Under the pieces are notes generated by a model. The model did not search any database, was not told where the DNA came from, and saw nothing but the letters and a program-made list of their open reading frames with translations. Shown piece after piece: positions 49,770 through 60,582 of a stretch of DNA of 64,000 nucleotides. The DNA comes from an uncultured Verrucomicrobiae bacterium (GTDB taxonomy: Bacteria; Verrucomicrobiota; Verrucomicrobiia; Chthoniobacterales; JAFAMB01). The stretch is taken from NCBI GenBank assembly GCA_963813025.1, contig CAWEXO010000005.1, forward strand, positions 128,001 to 192,000, read 5' to 3'. Each line of letters opens with the position of its first letter. The first letter of the stretch is position 1. A program made the position numbers and the translations under genes.

Positions 49770-50451
49770 CTGCCTGCTTCCGAACCGCGACGATCAAGTC
49801 AACCACACTTCGCTTGTTTGCGAGGTTGATGATAAATGAAGGCAAATCGCCCCCTCCATCCGTGTAGAGCGTGTAAGTCGCTTGAGTTTTCTTTCCTCCA
49901 TCGATCGCCTCGAGCTTCCACGACCCTTCGGTCACCTTGACCCGGGTGATTCCCTTTTCCGCCGGCGGACCAAGCTCGTTGGCCTGCTCCCAATGGCTGG
50001 CGTACCGCTCGTCGGAGGATTGGTCGTCGTGCACGAGAATGGTGAAATCGCGCGGACCAACAATTGGCGGGTTCAGGCGCATATACTGAACAATGGTATG
50101 TTTCGCGGAATCTCGCGAGAGGACTCGGGCCTCCTTGGTGTAAGGCATGAATTGCGGGTAGCTGTCAACGTCGTGCAGAACACGTCTTACTTTTGACAAA
50201 GGCGCGTCAATTTCGCCCACGGCCCTCAGCTCCTTAATTGGGCTTCCCTCTCGGGTGCGAGTGAGCACGGTGACGTCGGCATTCCGACCAATCTCCTCCC
50301 AGTCAGTGGCTCCAGTGGATCCGCCGGAGGCGGCAGCAAGCAATTGCGCGCAGATCACGATTGGTAAAAGCGCGGCCGTCGGCCGCCGGCTCCAGAAACG
50401 CCTTAGTGTTTCATCGTAACCACGGTGGTAAGCGAACAAATGATCAGCCAT
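49750..50451 (-). CDS. START/SRPBCC domain protein
   Basis: PRDF, GSWKL, DGGGDLPSFIIN motifs. Confidence 0.75.
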   Translation of the reverse strand: MADHLFAYHRGYDETLRRFWSRRPTAALLPIVICAQLLAAASGGSTGATDWEEIGRNADVTVLTRTREGSPIKELRAVGEIDAPLSKVRRVLHDVDSYPQFMPYTKEARVLSRDSAKHTIVQYMRLNPPIVGPRDFTILVHDDQSSDERYASHWEQANELGPPAEKGITRVKVTEGSWKLEAIDGGKKTQATYTLYTDGGGDLPSFIINLANKRSVVDLIVAVRKQAGGEIER

Positions 50452-50701
50452 CGATTGATCTTCGGGAAAAGCTCACAAGATGCCGTTGACTGCTTCCGAT
50501 GCAACCAGCATTTTCCCTGGCAAGTCTCCCCGCGCGCCGTTTCTAATCCATAGAGCTGCGTTTTGGCAAGCATTACCGGAACTCATAGGCCCGTCAGACC
50601 TACAGGACTTATCGCGGCACAGTCGTTTTTCGAAAAAGAATCAGCAACGCCGCCACTCGGGACCCGGGACCCGGGACTCGGGACTCCTCCCGCAATCCGC
50701 A

Positions 50702-52135
50702 TCAGCTTGCCAGCGGTACCGCGGCCGGTTCCGGCACTTCTGTCGCGGCCGGCAGAACAATGGTAAACCGCGAACCTTGGCCCTCGGCACTCTCGACCGA
50801 GATTGTGCCGCCATGCGAATCAATGACCGCTTTGACTAGACTTAGTCCGAGACCGAGTCCGCGCTCGGTTCTACTCTTGTCTCCCCGGTAGAGTCTGTCC
50901 CAAATACGCGGCCTCTCCGCTTCCGGGATTCCTATACCCGTATCCGTCACGGTCAAACGCACGGTGGCATGCTGCTCATCACAGAGCATTGATACTCTCC
51001 CGCCCTTCGCGGTATACTTGATGGCGTTGTCGAGCAGATTGCCCAGGGCCTGTCGAATCCGGTTTGGATCGACATCGACGCGACAGGGGCCTGAACAGCT
51101 TGTCTCAAGGGCAATCTCCTTCTCTTCGGCCACGATCCGGTAGACATCAGCAACCTGTTCGATTACTTGGGCCAGCGGCACGATCGTCTTCTCCAGGCGC
51201 ATCATTCCGTTTTCCGCTTCGGTGATGTCCATCAGGGTGTGCAGCATCGTCAGCACCCGATCCGATTCTTCCACGCAGTCTGCCAAGGCGTTCCGTGCGA
51301 AAGCGGGCAGAGAACCCTGGAGCGCCGTCTCCGCCGAACTCCGCAATCGTGTGAGGGGAGTTCGCAGATCGTGCGCCACATTATCGAGGGCATCGCGCAA
51401 CTCCTGGATGAGCCGTTGATTTTTTGCGAGCACACGGTTGAATTGGCGCGCCAGATCGGCCAGGTCGCTTTGGGCCAGAGTTTCCGGCACGCGCTCGGCC
51501 AGGTTACCCGTATTGATAATGTTGCGCGCAGTCTTTAAAACGCTGCGCACCGGAGCGCTCGCCCGATGGGCAAAAAAAGCACCACCTGCCAGCCCAAGCA
51601 AAAAGGTTGGCGCCATTACGAGAAAGAAGGCCCGCACAAAAGGTTCCAGAAGCGCGACGCTCCGGTTTGTACTGCGCCCGACCTGCAGGATCGATCCGTC
51701 ACTGAGCGGCATGGACGCAATCGTGAAATCGGTTCGATTGTCTTTGGGAATCCGCAACCAGGATCGCGGGCGTCCAGGGTCCGGACTCGTCGCCGGATCG
51801 TTGTTGAGACCGGCCCAGTCCGCGGGTGCGGCAAGGAAGAGAACGCTCCCGAGTTGACCGGTGACCCGGACAAAAAAGGGGCCCTCATCTTGATTGAACT
51901 GGCTCTGATGCACCAGCTCTTGCAAGGCCGGCAGGCCTCGCGTGGTGTAGACCGCCGCGCATTCTTTCAGGCGAGCTTCCACAATCGCTTGTTCGCTCCG
52001 TTCGTAAAATGATGTCAAAAGAAAGTAGAGCAGCGCAAAAAGGACGGCCGAACTCGCCGTGAAAATCACGGCATAGAGGACAGACAAGCGGAAAGCAAAA
52101 CTATGCCTGAGGCGACTTAGCTGAGCGAACCACAT
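50702..52135 (-). CDS. HAMP sensor histidine kinase
   Basis: AHDLRTPL, NLLDNAIKY, DTGIGI, GLGLGL. Confidence 0.95.
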   Translation of the reverse strand: MWFAQLSRLRHSFAFRLSVLYAVIFTASSAVLFALLYFLLTSFYERSEQAIVEARLKECAAVYTTRGLPALQELVHQSQFNQDEGPFFVRVTGQLGSVLFLAAPADWAGLNNDPATSPDPGRPRSWLRIPKDNRTDFTIASMPLSDGSILQVGRSTNRSVALLEPFVRAFFLVMAPTFLLGLAGGAFFAHRASAPVRSVLKTARNIINTGNLAERVPETLAQSDLADLARQFNRVLAKNQRLIQELRDALDNVAHDLRTPLTRLRSSAETALQGSLPAFARNALADCVEESDRVLTMLHTLMDITEAENGMMRLEKTIVPLAQVIEQVADVYRIVAEEKEIALETSCSGPCRVDVDPNRIRQALGNLLDNAIKYTAKGGRVSMLCDEQHATVRLTVTDTGIGIPEAERPRIWDRLYRGDKSRTERGLGLGLSLVKAVIDSHGGTISVESAEGQGSRFTIVLPAATEVPEPAAVPLAS

Positions 52136-52790
52136 AACCCACTCCGCGAATGGTGTGTATCAGTTTGTTGGGAAAGTTTCGATCGATCTTGGTACGCAGC
52201 CGGTGAACCAACACATCGACTACATTGGTTTGCGGATCAAAACTGAAATCCCAGACATGCTCCAGGATCATTGTCTTGGTTACCGGCCGCCCGGCGTGCC
52301 GCAAGAGCAGCTCCAGTAGCGAGAATTCCCGGCTCGGCAATTCGATCAACTGACCGTCTCGGCGTACTTCTCTGGTGAAGAGGTCGACCGTCAGATCGTC
52401 CACCGCCAGCTTGGACGGCTCTGGTGTTTGGGTCGACCGTCGAATCAGGGCCTGGACCCGGGCGAGGAGTTCGGAAAAAGCGAAGGGCTTGGTCAGGTAG
52501 TCGTCCCCTCCGGCCTGCAGGCCACTCACCCGATCGTCGACTTTGGCGCGGGCACTCAGAATTAGAACCGGTACGTGTATTTTTTGCTGACGCAGGCGCC
52601 GGATCAGGGACAAACCGTCCAGCTTCGGCAGCATGAGGTCGACTACGGCAGCATCATAAGTAATCGCCGCGGCGAGGTCGAGCGCGACCTCGCCATCAGC
52701 GGCGCGATCTATCGCGAAGCCGCTCTGCTTTAGTCCGCCGGCAATAAACGAGGCAATCTTCGGGTCATCCTCTACGACCAACACGCGCAT
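52101..52790 (-). CDS. OmpR-family response regulator
   Basis: VEDD, DLMLP, KPF, winged helix TIRGVGY. Confidence 0.95.
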   Translation of the reverse strand: MRVLVVEDDPKIASFIAGGLKQSGFAIDRAADGEVALDLAAAITYDAAVVDLMLPKLDGLSLIRRLRQQKIHVPVLILSARAKVDDRVSGLQAGGDDYLTKPFAFSELLARVQALIRRSTQTPEPSKLAVDDLTVDLFTREVRRDGQLIELPSREFSLLELLLRHAGRPVTKTMILEHVWDFSFDPQTNVVDVLVHRLRTKIDRNFPNKLIHTIRGVGYVVRSAKSPQA

Positions 52791-52867
52791 AATTTGAGTC
52801 AACCGCTCCTCTTCCGTTTCCCGATATGGGCGGGAAGAAACTCTGTCCGGGTAATCTACCATTGAAA

Positions 52868-52898
52868 CAAAAAGGGACCGGTAGCAACCGGTCCCTTT
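52868..52898 (-). terminator. Intrinsic terminator after degP
   Basis: GGGACCGG-loop-CCGGTCCC followed by a T-run on the minus strand. Confidence 0.75.
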
Positions 52899-52920
52899 GT
52901 TCGTTACCTTGGACAGCGAC

Positions 52921-54441
52921 TTAGTGCGACTCTTCGACCGTCACGTAGCGGGTGCCACCATGGCTCCAGATTTTGACCAGGGTCTCGCCGCCGGAGGGCT
53001 TGCTGGTCACATCAACTGCTTCCTGAGCATTGGTGATCGGATGGTGGTTGATCTCCAGAATCACGTCCCCTTCCTCCAAGCCGGCTTCGGCAGCCGGCGT
53101 GCCCGGTTCCACCTGGGTAATGACAGCACCGTGAACGTTTGCCGGAACTTTCAGCTCGGTACGGGCTTCCCGATCGAGATCAGCGACGGCAACGCCGTGG
53201 AGTGTGTCACTCGAGTTATTTCCACCGGGAGCGTTTTGCTCATTCTTGGCCAAGTCACTCTTGGCCAACTGCTTCAGGGTGATGGAAAAGTCCTTCGTTT
53301 CGCCGTTGCGATTGATTTGCACCGGAACGGTGGTTCCCGGAGGCGTTTCGGCAACTTTCAGCTTTAACCGGCTCGCATCCTGAACTGGCTGATTGTTGTA
53401 CTTCGTGATCACGTCACCGCTCTTCAAGCCAGCTGCTTCGGCCGGACTGCCTGGGGTGACGTCCGCGACCAGAGCGCCATTGGCGCGGTCCACTTTGAAA
53501 GCCTGGGCCAGGCTTGGTGTAAGCGACTGGATTTGCACTCCGAGAAATCCGCGGGAAACGTTGCCGGTTTTCACCAGACTATCCATGACCCAGCGGCAAA
53601 GGTCTGAGGGAACGGCAAAGCCAATCCCCTGATTGCCGCCGCTGCGCGACAGAATCGCGGTATTGATCCCGACCAGACGACCCTCGACGTCTACCAGTGC
53701 ACCACCGGAATTACCCGGATTGATCGCGGCATCCGTTTGGATGAAGTCCTGGTCCATGTCACCCGAGGTTACCCGATTCTTGGCGCTGACAATTCCCGAC
53801 GTAACGGTCTGGCCAATCCCGAATGGGTTTCCGATAGCCAGCACCACGTCGCCAATTTGAACCTGGTCACTATTGGTAAGGGGCAAGGCCGGCAGATTTT
53901 GCGCGTCGATTCGGACGAGTGCGATGTCGGTCTGCGGGTCAGTGCCAACAACCTTGCCCGTAAAATTGCGCCCATCATTCAATCCGACCTGGATCTCCTT
54001 GGCATTCTGAACCACATGGTTATTCGTTAAAATATAACCGTCGGCCGAAACGATCACGCCTGAACCCAGGGCATGCTCTAAGGGCTGTTGCATCTCGCCA
54101 CCCAACCCATTTCCGCCGGGACCATTCCCGCCGAATCCGCGGTTGCCAAAGAAATGACGGAAGAAATCAAGATCGGGTCCGCTCAGCCGTTCCTCCGGGT
54201 TACTTGCCGTTACGGCAATTTTGACCACACTCGGGGCGACTTTTTGCACGATTGGCGCATAGCTACTCTGAGTGCTTTGCGTGCGAGTCAGTGGCGAATC
54301 ATCTTCCTTGAGATTTAAGGGAGGTTTCTCCGTTTGGTTCTTATTTTCCGTTCCGGCGTTGATTGCCCACGCCGAGCCTGCGATCACTAAAAGGCCGGCT
54401 ACGGCTCCCTGTAGCCAGCGTTGCGCATTGGGTTTGTTCAT
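52921..54441 (-). CDS. degP: Do/DegQ (HtrA) serine protease with two PDZ domains
   Basis: TNNHVV, D, GNSGG, two PDZ domains. Confidence 0.92.
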   Translation of the reverse strand: MNKPNAQRWLQGAVAGLLVIAGSAWAINAGTENKNQTEKPPLNLKEDDSPLTRTQSTQSSYAPIVQKVAPSVVKIAVTASNPEERLSGPDLDFFRHFFGNRGFGGNGPGGNGLGGEMQQPLEHALGSGVIVSADGYILTNNHVVQNAKEIQVGLNDGRNFTGKVVGTDPQTDIALVRIDAQNLPALPLTNSDQVQIGDVVLAIGNPFGIGQTVTSGIVSAKNRVTSGDMDQDFIQTDAAINPGNSGGALVDVEGRLVGINTAILSRSGGNQGIGFAVPSDLCRWVMDSLVKTGNVSRGFLGVQIQSLTPSLAQAFKVDRANGALVADVTPGSPAEAAGLKSGDVITKYNNQPVQDASRLKLKVAETPPGTTVPVQINRNGETKDFSITLKQLAKSDLAKNEQNAPGGNNSSDTLHGVAVADLDREARTELKVPANVHGAVITQVEPGTPAAEAGLEEGDVILEINHHPITNAQEAVDVTSKPSGGETLVKIWSHGGTRYVTVEESH

Positions 54442-54559
54442 AAAGTCTTTGTTTGCTGTTTTAATCTGCGCTTCTAGTGGACCACTCTCAAGTGACGGGA
54501 CCCTTGCGGCACAATTACATTTCTGAAAGGAATCAGCCTTGCTACCGTTCCCAGGGCTG

Positions 54560-54715
54560 GAGCGAATCCCCCTGACATTCACTACCGACAACCCATTTCT
54601 GCCACTCGCACAATAGAGCATCTTCTTTCCAGAATCCAAAGCAATTGGGTCGACATCACCGGCGATCGCAATGGAGCTAAGGCGTTCGCCCGAGTCAGCG
54701 TTCAACACCACAGCT
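54560..54715 (-). pseudogene. Fragment of a YncE/YVTN beta-propeller gene
   Basis: AVVLNADSGERLSSIAIAGDVDPIALDSGKKMLYCASG. Confidence 0.4.
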
Positions 54716-54843
54716 GGCCGTTGCCATTGGCCATCGGTCATCGTCCATCGGTCATCGCTCATTGCTTCTGCGCGCCAGGTACAAAAAAGCTACAATGCGT
54801 TGCTCCGCGCACATTCGCCAAGCGACTGTTTTTCTCCTATCAG

Positions 54844-55740
54844 ATGAATATCGTGGCTGCTCTTCTGAAACTCGCATGGAAACACGCCCGATCCGTCGCG
54901 GCCGGTGTGTTCCTGCTCTGCGCACCGGCCGCCTTTGCCCGAAATGTAATTATCTTTGTGGCCGACGGCCTCCGCTCCGGATCGGTGAATGAGCAGGACG
55001 CCCCCACGCTCACCTCGATCCGCGAAAAAGGCGTGTTCTTTCAGAACAGCCATGCACTGTTCCCGACCTTCACGACGCCGAACGCCTCCGCGATCGCCAC
55101 CGGACATTATCTTGGCGACACCGGTGATTTCAGTAACACGGTTTACACTGGTTACCTCACCGCTCGGTTGGACAATACCCAGACCCCTTTTATCGAAAGC
55201 GATTCCGTCCTCAGCGACATCGACAAGCATTTCTCGGGCAATTTTCTAGACGAAGAGACTTTGCTGGCTTTTGCCAAGGATCACGGCTTTGAAACGGCCG
55301 CCGTCGGAAAGGTCGGTCCAACGTTGATCCAAGTGATCGCTGAAGCGAACCCTGTTCACGGCTCGGTTCCGATCCCCGGGACAATCATTATCGATGATGC
55401 GACCGGAAAAAAGGGAGGCGTGCCCCTGAGTTCGCGAGCAGCAGAAGCACTCACTGCTGCAAGACTTCCTCTGGTGGCGCCCGACCGATCAAATCAAACC
55501 GCGCCAACCGCCCCGGAAAACAACGGCTATCCGGGGACAAACGAAACGCCGGGCACAGTGCAGCCAAATGTCTCCCAGCAACAATACTTTACCGACGCCT
55601 TTACCAAAGCGGTCCTTCCCCTTTTCGTAGGAGAACACCAGCCCTTCGCCGCGGTCTTCTGGACCCGCGATCCGGACGGCACGCAGCGCGGACGCTGGCT
55701 TACATCCTCAAATTTCGAATTCCGCTCAAAGGAGATCTGA
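54844..55740 (+). pseudogene. Alkaline phosphatase/phosphodiesterase family gene, apparently 3' truncated
   Basis: FVADGLR, FPTFTTPN, then breaks after RDPDGTQ where the metal-binding His is expected. Confidence 0.7.
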
Positions 55741-56052
55741 CTGGGCGCGTCCTTCTGGAGGCTTTGGCCTCCGGGCCGGCAAAGGTCGCTTTTTCGCGCT
55801 TAACAGTCCGCTCTGAACCAAACGCTAACGGAATGGCAACAGTTCTGAATTTTCAGGAAGTCGGCGGCACGCGGTATTTCGATGCAGCGGGTTTTCCCGG
55901 AAGAACGGTCGGGCTGCAAGCCGGGCATTGAGGTAGTGCCAGTGCTGGTGCTAGTGCTAGTGTCGGTTGTCAGCAGCATGGTCGGACTAGCAGCGCCTTA
56001 TTTCCGCTGACGCGTGAGGCGACGACGCATCCGGCCCTGCGTGGGACGCTAC

Positions 56053-58113
56053 GTAGCGCCGACGGCCTCGTCGGTACACCCCGGGGGAGATTGCCCAGCA
56101 CGTCGCGCAATCAGTCGATCTCAACGGCGCAGGTGATACGTAGCGCCGACGGCCTCGTCGGTACACCCCGGGGGAGATGCCCAGCACGTTGCGCAATCAG
56201 TCGATCTCAACGGCGCAGGTGATACGTAGCGCCGACGGCCTCGTCGGTACACCCCGGGGAAGGTGCCCAGCACGTTGGGCAATCAGTCGATCTCAACGGC
56301 ACAGGCGATACGTGGCGCCGACGGCCTCGTCGGTACATTGCGGAATCCAAGCAAAGCCGGTCTTAGTCCAGATGAATACACGCTCTGGAGTTATGCATAG
56401 CGCAGCTTTGAGCGTCACCGGATCGAGGGGATCGCACGACGTCTTGGGCGTGTACACCGGAGTACCGACGGGGCCGTCGGCGCTACGCAACGCACACGCC
56501 TTTCTGGGTCACCGGATCGAGTGGATCGCGCGACGTCTTGGGCGTGTTCACCGCGTACCGACGGGGCCGTCGGCGCTACGCAACGCACACGCCTTTTGTG
56601 GTCACGGGATCGAGCGGATCGCACGACGTCTTTCGGCGTGTTTACGGGCGTACCGACGGGGCCGTCGGCGCTACGCCGACCTCGGGCGTGCCCGAATACG
56701 TCGCGCAATCAGTCGATCTCAAGGGCGCAGGTGCTACGTAACGCCGACGGCCTCGTCGGTACATCCCGGGAAGGTGCCCAGCACGTTGAGCAATCAGTCG
56801 ATCTCAACGGCACAGGCAATACGTAGCGCCGACGGCCTCGTCGGTACACCCCGGGGAAGGTGCCCAGCACGTTGAGCAATCAGTCGATCTCAACGGCACA
56901 GGCGATACGTAGCGCCGACGGCCTCGTCGGTACACCCCGGGGAAGGTGCCCAGCACGTTGCGCAATCAGTCGATCTCAACGGCACAGGCGATACGTAGTG
57001 CCGACGGCCTCGTCGGTACATTGCGGGATCCACTGGACAGTCTTGCAAAACAGAATCACAACTATTATAAAATTGGTTATATATGCGAGAACGTTTTCAG
57101 CCCTTCTCAAGGGGCGGCGCAGTGTCAAGGCACCGCCGGCGGCTCCCGCACTGGCAGCAAAACGGTGCGACATACTTTGTGACGTTCCGATTGGCTGACT
57201 CGGTTCCACAAGTGCTGCTCCAGAGATCGGAAGAGGAAAAGGCCTCTTGGCTTCGAAACAACCCGAAACCTTGGAAGCCGGCTGCGGCTCAAGAATATAG
57301 AACTCGCTTCTCCAACAAAATGGAGCGGTGGCTCGATAGGGGCTATGGCAGTTGTCTGCTCCGGAATCCTGAAATCCGGGCTGTTGTGGAAGAACATCTG
57401 CTGTTTCAACACGAAAGGGAATATTTCCTAAATAGCTTCGTAGTGATGCCGAACCACGTCCATGTTCTGGTCGTTCCACGGCAACCACTCGCGAAATTGG
57501 TGCAAAGGTGGAAGTCTTGCTCTTGCCGGCGTATCAACACACTCCGCCGAGGTTTGGGAACTCTGTGGATGCGGGAATACTTTGATCACATCGTTCGTGA
57601 TGCTGTCCGGCTGGAAAGATTTCGCGATTACCTGCGAAGCAATCCAAGCAAAGCCGGTCTTAGTCCAGATGAATACACGCTCTGGACTTATGCATAACGC
57701 GGCTTTCTGCGTCACCGGATCGAGTGGATCGCGCGGCCTCTTGGGTGTGTTTACCGGAGAACCGACGGGGCACGTCGGTGCTACGCCGACCTCGGGCGTG
57801 CCCAGCACGTCGCGCAATCAGTCGATCTCAACGGCGCAGGTGATATGTAGCGCCGACGGCCTCGTCGGTACATTGCGGAATCCAGGCAAAGCCGGTCTTA
57901 GTCCAGACGAATACACGCTCTGGACTTATGCATAACGCGGCTTTCTGGTTCACCGGATCGAGGGATCGCACGACGTCTTGGGCGTGTGTACCGGAGTACC
58001 GACGGGGCCGTCGGCGCTAGCAACGCGCACGCCTTTCTGCGTCACGGGATCGAGGGGATCGCACGACGTCTTGGGCGTGTGTACCGGAGTACCGACGGGG
58101 CCGTCGGCGCTAC
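56053..58113. repeat. REP (BIME-like) arrays around RAYT: 15 copies of GTAGCGCCGACGGCC(T/C)CGTCGGTAC
   Basis: Direct copies at 56053, 56140, 56226, 56312, 56738, 56823, 56909, 56995, 57847; inverted at 56462, 56555, 56650, ~57759, 57996, 58089; conserved linkers. Confidence 0.93.
57083..57697 (+). CDS. REP-associated tyrosine transposase (RAYT, TnpA-REP)
   Basis: LPHW, YFVTFRL, HUH motif VMPNHVH, WMREYFDHIVRD, YLRSNP; flanked by GTAG REPs. Confidence 0.93.
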   Translation: MRERFQPFSRGGAVSRHRRRLPHWQQNGATYFVTFRLADSVPQVLLQRSEEEKASWLRNNPKPWKPAAAQEYRTRFSNKMERWLDRGYGSCLLRNPEIRAVVEEHLLFQHEREYFLNSFVVMPNHVHVLVVPRQPLAKLVQRWKSCSCRRINTLRRGLGTLWMREYFDHIVRDAVRLERFRDYLRSNPSKAGLSPDEYTLWTYA

Positions 58114-58115
58114 GC

Positions 58116-58577
58116 CTACACCTTCAGTTCGGTCTCTTCCTGCTCAAACAGCTCAAGGCTTACGGCCGGTTCTGTTGCCTCCAGAAGTGATTTGCGGGAT
58201 TTGGCGTCGCGAAAGATTCGCATCAGCAGGCCTACCACCCGCAAATACTCCGAATCCAGGGCTTTCGGAACGCCAATCACAAAGAGGAACTGCAGAAAAC
58301 TGTTTCGCTCCTCGAGTGGGGGTAATAAGCGTCCAAAAGCCATCACCATCTCGTTTACGGCGTTGGTTCGGATATGTACAAGAGCAAGGCCGAAATCGTA
58401 AGTAGCTTTGCTTTTGCTTTCCTTGTCAATCAACTGATTGTAAAACTGTCGCCAATCGACGACGCGCGCGTCTTGCTGCAGAGATTGCGCCACCCGACGC
58501 ACGGCTTCTTCCCGCGTGCCCACTTTTATATCCAGCAGGACGTTTTCCGGGCGCAGCGCTTCGCGAAACCGGATCAT
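58116..58577 (-). CDS. PTS EIIA (Fru/Ntr-type) domain protein
   Basis: GLALVHIRT with phospho-His; MAFGR; YLRVVG. Confidence 0.8.
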   Translation of the reverse strand: MIRFREALRPENVLLDIKVGTREEAVRRVAQSLQQDARVVDWRQFYNQLIDKESKSKATYDFGLALVHIRTNAVNEMVMAFGRLLPPLEERNSFLQFLFVIGVPKALDSEYLRVVGLLMRIFRDAKSRKSLLEATEPAVSLELFEQEETELKV

Positions 58578-59437
58578 AGGGCGCTCCCGCTCCAGCGGAG
58601 TTTCGCGCGGAGAATATCGGCAAAGGTGAGGTCCTTCGGCAGGAGCAGGGGTAGACGCGCTTCCGCCGCGCGCACGACAACCGAGTCCCCACCAGAGATC
58701 TGGGTGGCGTCCTGACCATCGACGCTGAAAAGCAACGGCAGCTCAACCCGACTTGGGCGCAAGGTAATGATGGAGCGGTTGGAAACGATGACCGAGCGAT
58801 TAGTGAGCACGTGCGGACAAATCGGCGTGACAAGAAATACTCCTGAGTTTGGGCTGACGATCGGACCTCCGGCCGAGAGCGAATAGGCAGTTGAGCCAGT
58901 CGCGGTCGCCAGGATCAATCCGTCCGCATTGTATTCGGCAAGAAACGTTTGATCAGTCCAGACCTCCACCTGGACAAGGCGCGCTCGCTCGCCCCGCGAA
59001 ACGACGACATCATTCAAGCCGAGCTGGCGGTGGATCAGTTTGCCATCGTGCTCCAGACGCGCTTCCAAAAGCGTACGTTCGTCCACTCGGTAATCCGCGA
59101 CGGCCAATGCACGAGCCGCGATCGCGAAGTCGGGACCGCCGAAACAGGTGAGAAATCCGAGCGAACCGAAATTAATTCCCATGACGGGTTTCGTTTTGCC
59201 GTTAAGGTCGCGCACCAGCCGCAGGAGGGTACCGTCACCGCCAAGGGCGACAAACAGATCAACTTGTTCGTAGAGTTCGTCCAACGCGCGCCCTTTTTCG
59301 CCGATCAGCCGAGCCGAGTCCCGCTCCAGAAGAGTTGAGATACCCTCCTGACGGAGAGCTGTCAGAAGCACTCTGAGCGACTCGGCCGCACCGGGTTTGC
59401 GCCAGTGGGCATAAATTCCTAGCGTCAGCGAAGACAT
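58574..59437 (-). CDS. nadK: NAD kinase
   Basis: GGDGT, GSLGFL, LND, TGSTAYSLSAGGP. Confidence 0.95.
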   Translation of the reverse strand: MSSLTLGIYAHWRKPGAAESLRVLLTALRQEGISTLLERDSARLIGEKGRALDELYEQVDLFVALGGDGTLLRLVRDLNGKTKPVMGINFGSLGFLTCFGGPDFAIAARALAVADYRVDERTLLEARLEHDGKLIHRQLGLNDVVVSRGERARLVQVEVWTDQTFLAEYNADGLILATATGSTAYSLSAGGPIVSPNSGVFLVTPICPHVLTNRSVIVSNRSIITLRPSRVELPLLFSVDGQDATQISGGDSVVVRAAEARLPLLLPKDLTFADILRAKLRWSGSAL

Positions 59438-60162
59438 CCGAGAAATTCCCTGTTTCCTTTTGCTCCAGTGATCGGCGATTCTATTGCGCCGAGCCATTCG
59501 CGATACAGCACATTGAGGCAGTATTGTCTGATTCGCTCCACCGCCAGGAACCGGCTGTTCAGGTCGCGCACTATTCCTCCTTTTCCAACCTGCTCGGAAG
59601 AAAGCTCGAACTGTGGTTTAATAAGAACGATTACGAAGCCGCCCGCCTCGACACAAGAAAACATTGCCGGCAGAACGAGGGTCAACGAAATGAAGGAGAC
59701 ATCGGCGACCGCGAGCGTCACCTTATTTCCCAGCATCTCTGGCGTCAGGTAGCGCGCGTTCTGACCTTCAAGGAGGGTTACGCGGGGGTCTGTGCGCAGC
59801 TTCCAGGCAAGCTGATTGTGACCCACATCCACCGCGATCACCCGGGCAGCGCCGTTTTGCAAAAGACAATCGGTGAAACCTCCGGTTGAGGAACCCACAT
59901 CCAGACAGGTTTGCCCTTCCGGGAAAACCTGAAAATGTTGCAAGGCTGCTTCCAGCTTATAGCCACCTCGTCCGACGAATTTCTCGCGCGCTTTCACCTG
60001 CACCGCGATGCCTGGCTTCACCAGCGAACCGGGTTTGTCGATGATCTGCTCGTTCACGAGCACCTGACCGGCCCGGATCAAACGCTGCGCGCTTTCACGC
60101 GAATCGACTTTTCCGAGCTCCACCAACAATCGATCGATCCTGGTCTTTTTGCCGGGCTCCAC
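59425..60162 (-). CDS. tlyA: TlyA family RNA methyltransferase
   Basis: S4 domain, GRGGYKL, DVGSSTGGFTD, DVSFISL, KPQFE. Confidence 0.95.
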   Translation of the reverse strand: MEPGKKTRIDRLLVELGKVDSRESAQRLIRAGQVLVNEQIIDKPGSLVKPGIAVQVKAREKFVGRGGYKLEAALQHFQVFPEGQTCLDVGSSTGGFTDCLLQNGAARVIAVDVGHNQLAWKLRTDPRVTLLEGQNARYLTPEMLGNKVTLAVADVSFISLTLVLPAMFSCVEAGGFVIVLIKPQFELSSEQVGKGGIVRDLNSRFLAVERIRQYCLNVLYREWLGAIESPITGAKGNREFLGCLR

Positions 60163-60247
60163 TTCTAGTAAATATCCGACCTAACCCGTCGAAATAAAAG
60201 CTTGATAAAGGGAACAAAATCTATTCGGGTTCCCGAGCCGGATACTT

Positions 60248-60523
60248 ATGTCGTCTCAAGATCTCAAGGAGCAGATCAAAGAAATGTTGATCAACAATTT
60301 GATGCTTCGGACCCCGAAAGAAGAAATTGGTGATGATTTGCCGTTGTTTGGGCCGGAAGGGCTTGGCTTGGATTCGATCGACGCTCTGCAACTGGTCGTC
60401 AGCTTGGAGAAAACCTTTGGAGTCGGGATTCCCAACTCAAATGTGGCCAGGATCGCCCTCGAGACCGTAAACAGCATTCACGATTACATTGTGCGCAACA
60501 GAACACCGGGCAGCGCCACGTGA
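60248..60523 (+). CDS. Acyl carrier protein
   Basis: GLGLDSIDALQL phosphopantetheine motif. Confidence 0.9.
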   Translation: MSSQDLKEQIKEMLINNLMLRTPKEEIGDDLPLFGPEGLGLDSIDALQLVVSLEKTFGVGIPNSNVARIALETVNSIHDYIVRNRTPGSAT

Positions 60524-60582
60524 GGCGGGTCCGTTTCACGTTTCACGTTTCGTGTTTCACGTTACTTCTTGCCCCTGTGCTC

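Noticed and set aside
54442..54762. N-terminal extension of DegP in the ORF track
   Set aside because: Made of heptamer repeat and an unrelated gene fragment; the signal peptide begins at 54441
56177..57198. ORFs within the REP array
   Set aside because: Translations of repeats with no protein features
57083..57697. IS200/IS605 element with TnpB
   Set aside because: No tnpB/iscB; GTAG REP flanks and motifs indicate RAYT
56053..58113. CRISPR array (regular 25 bp palindromic repeats)
   Set aside because: Intervening sequences are near-identical and ~60-70 nt, repeats occur in both orientations, no cas genes are present, and a RAYT sits in the middle
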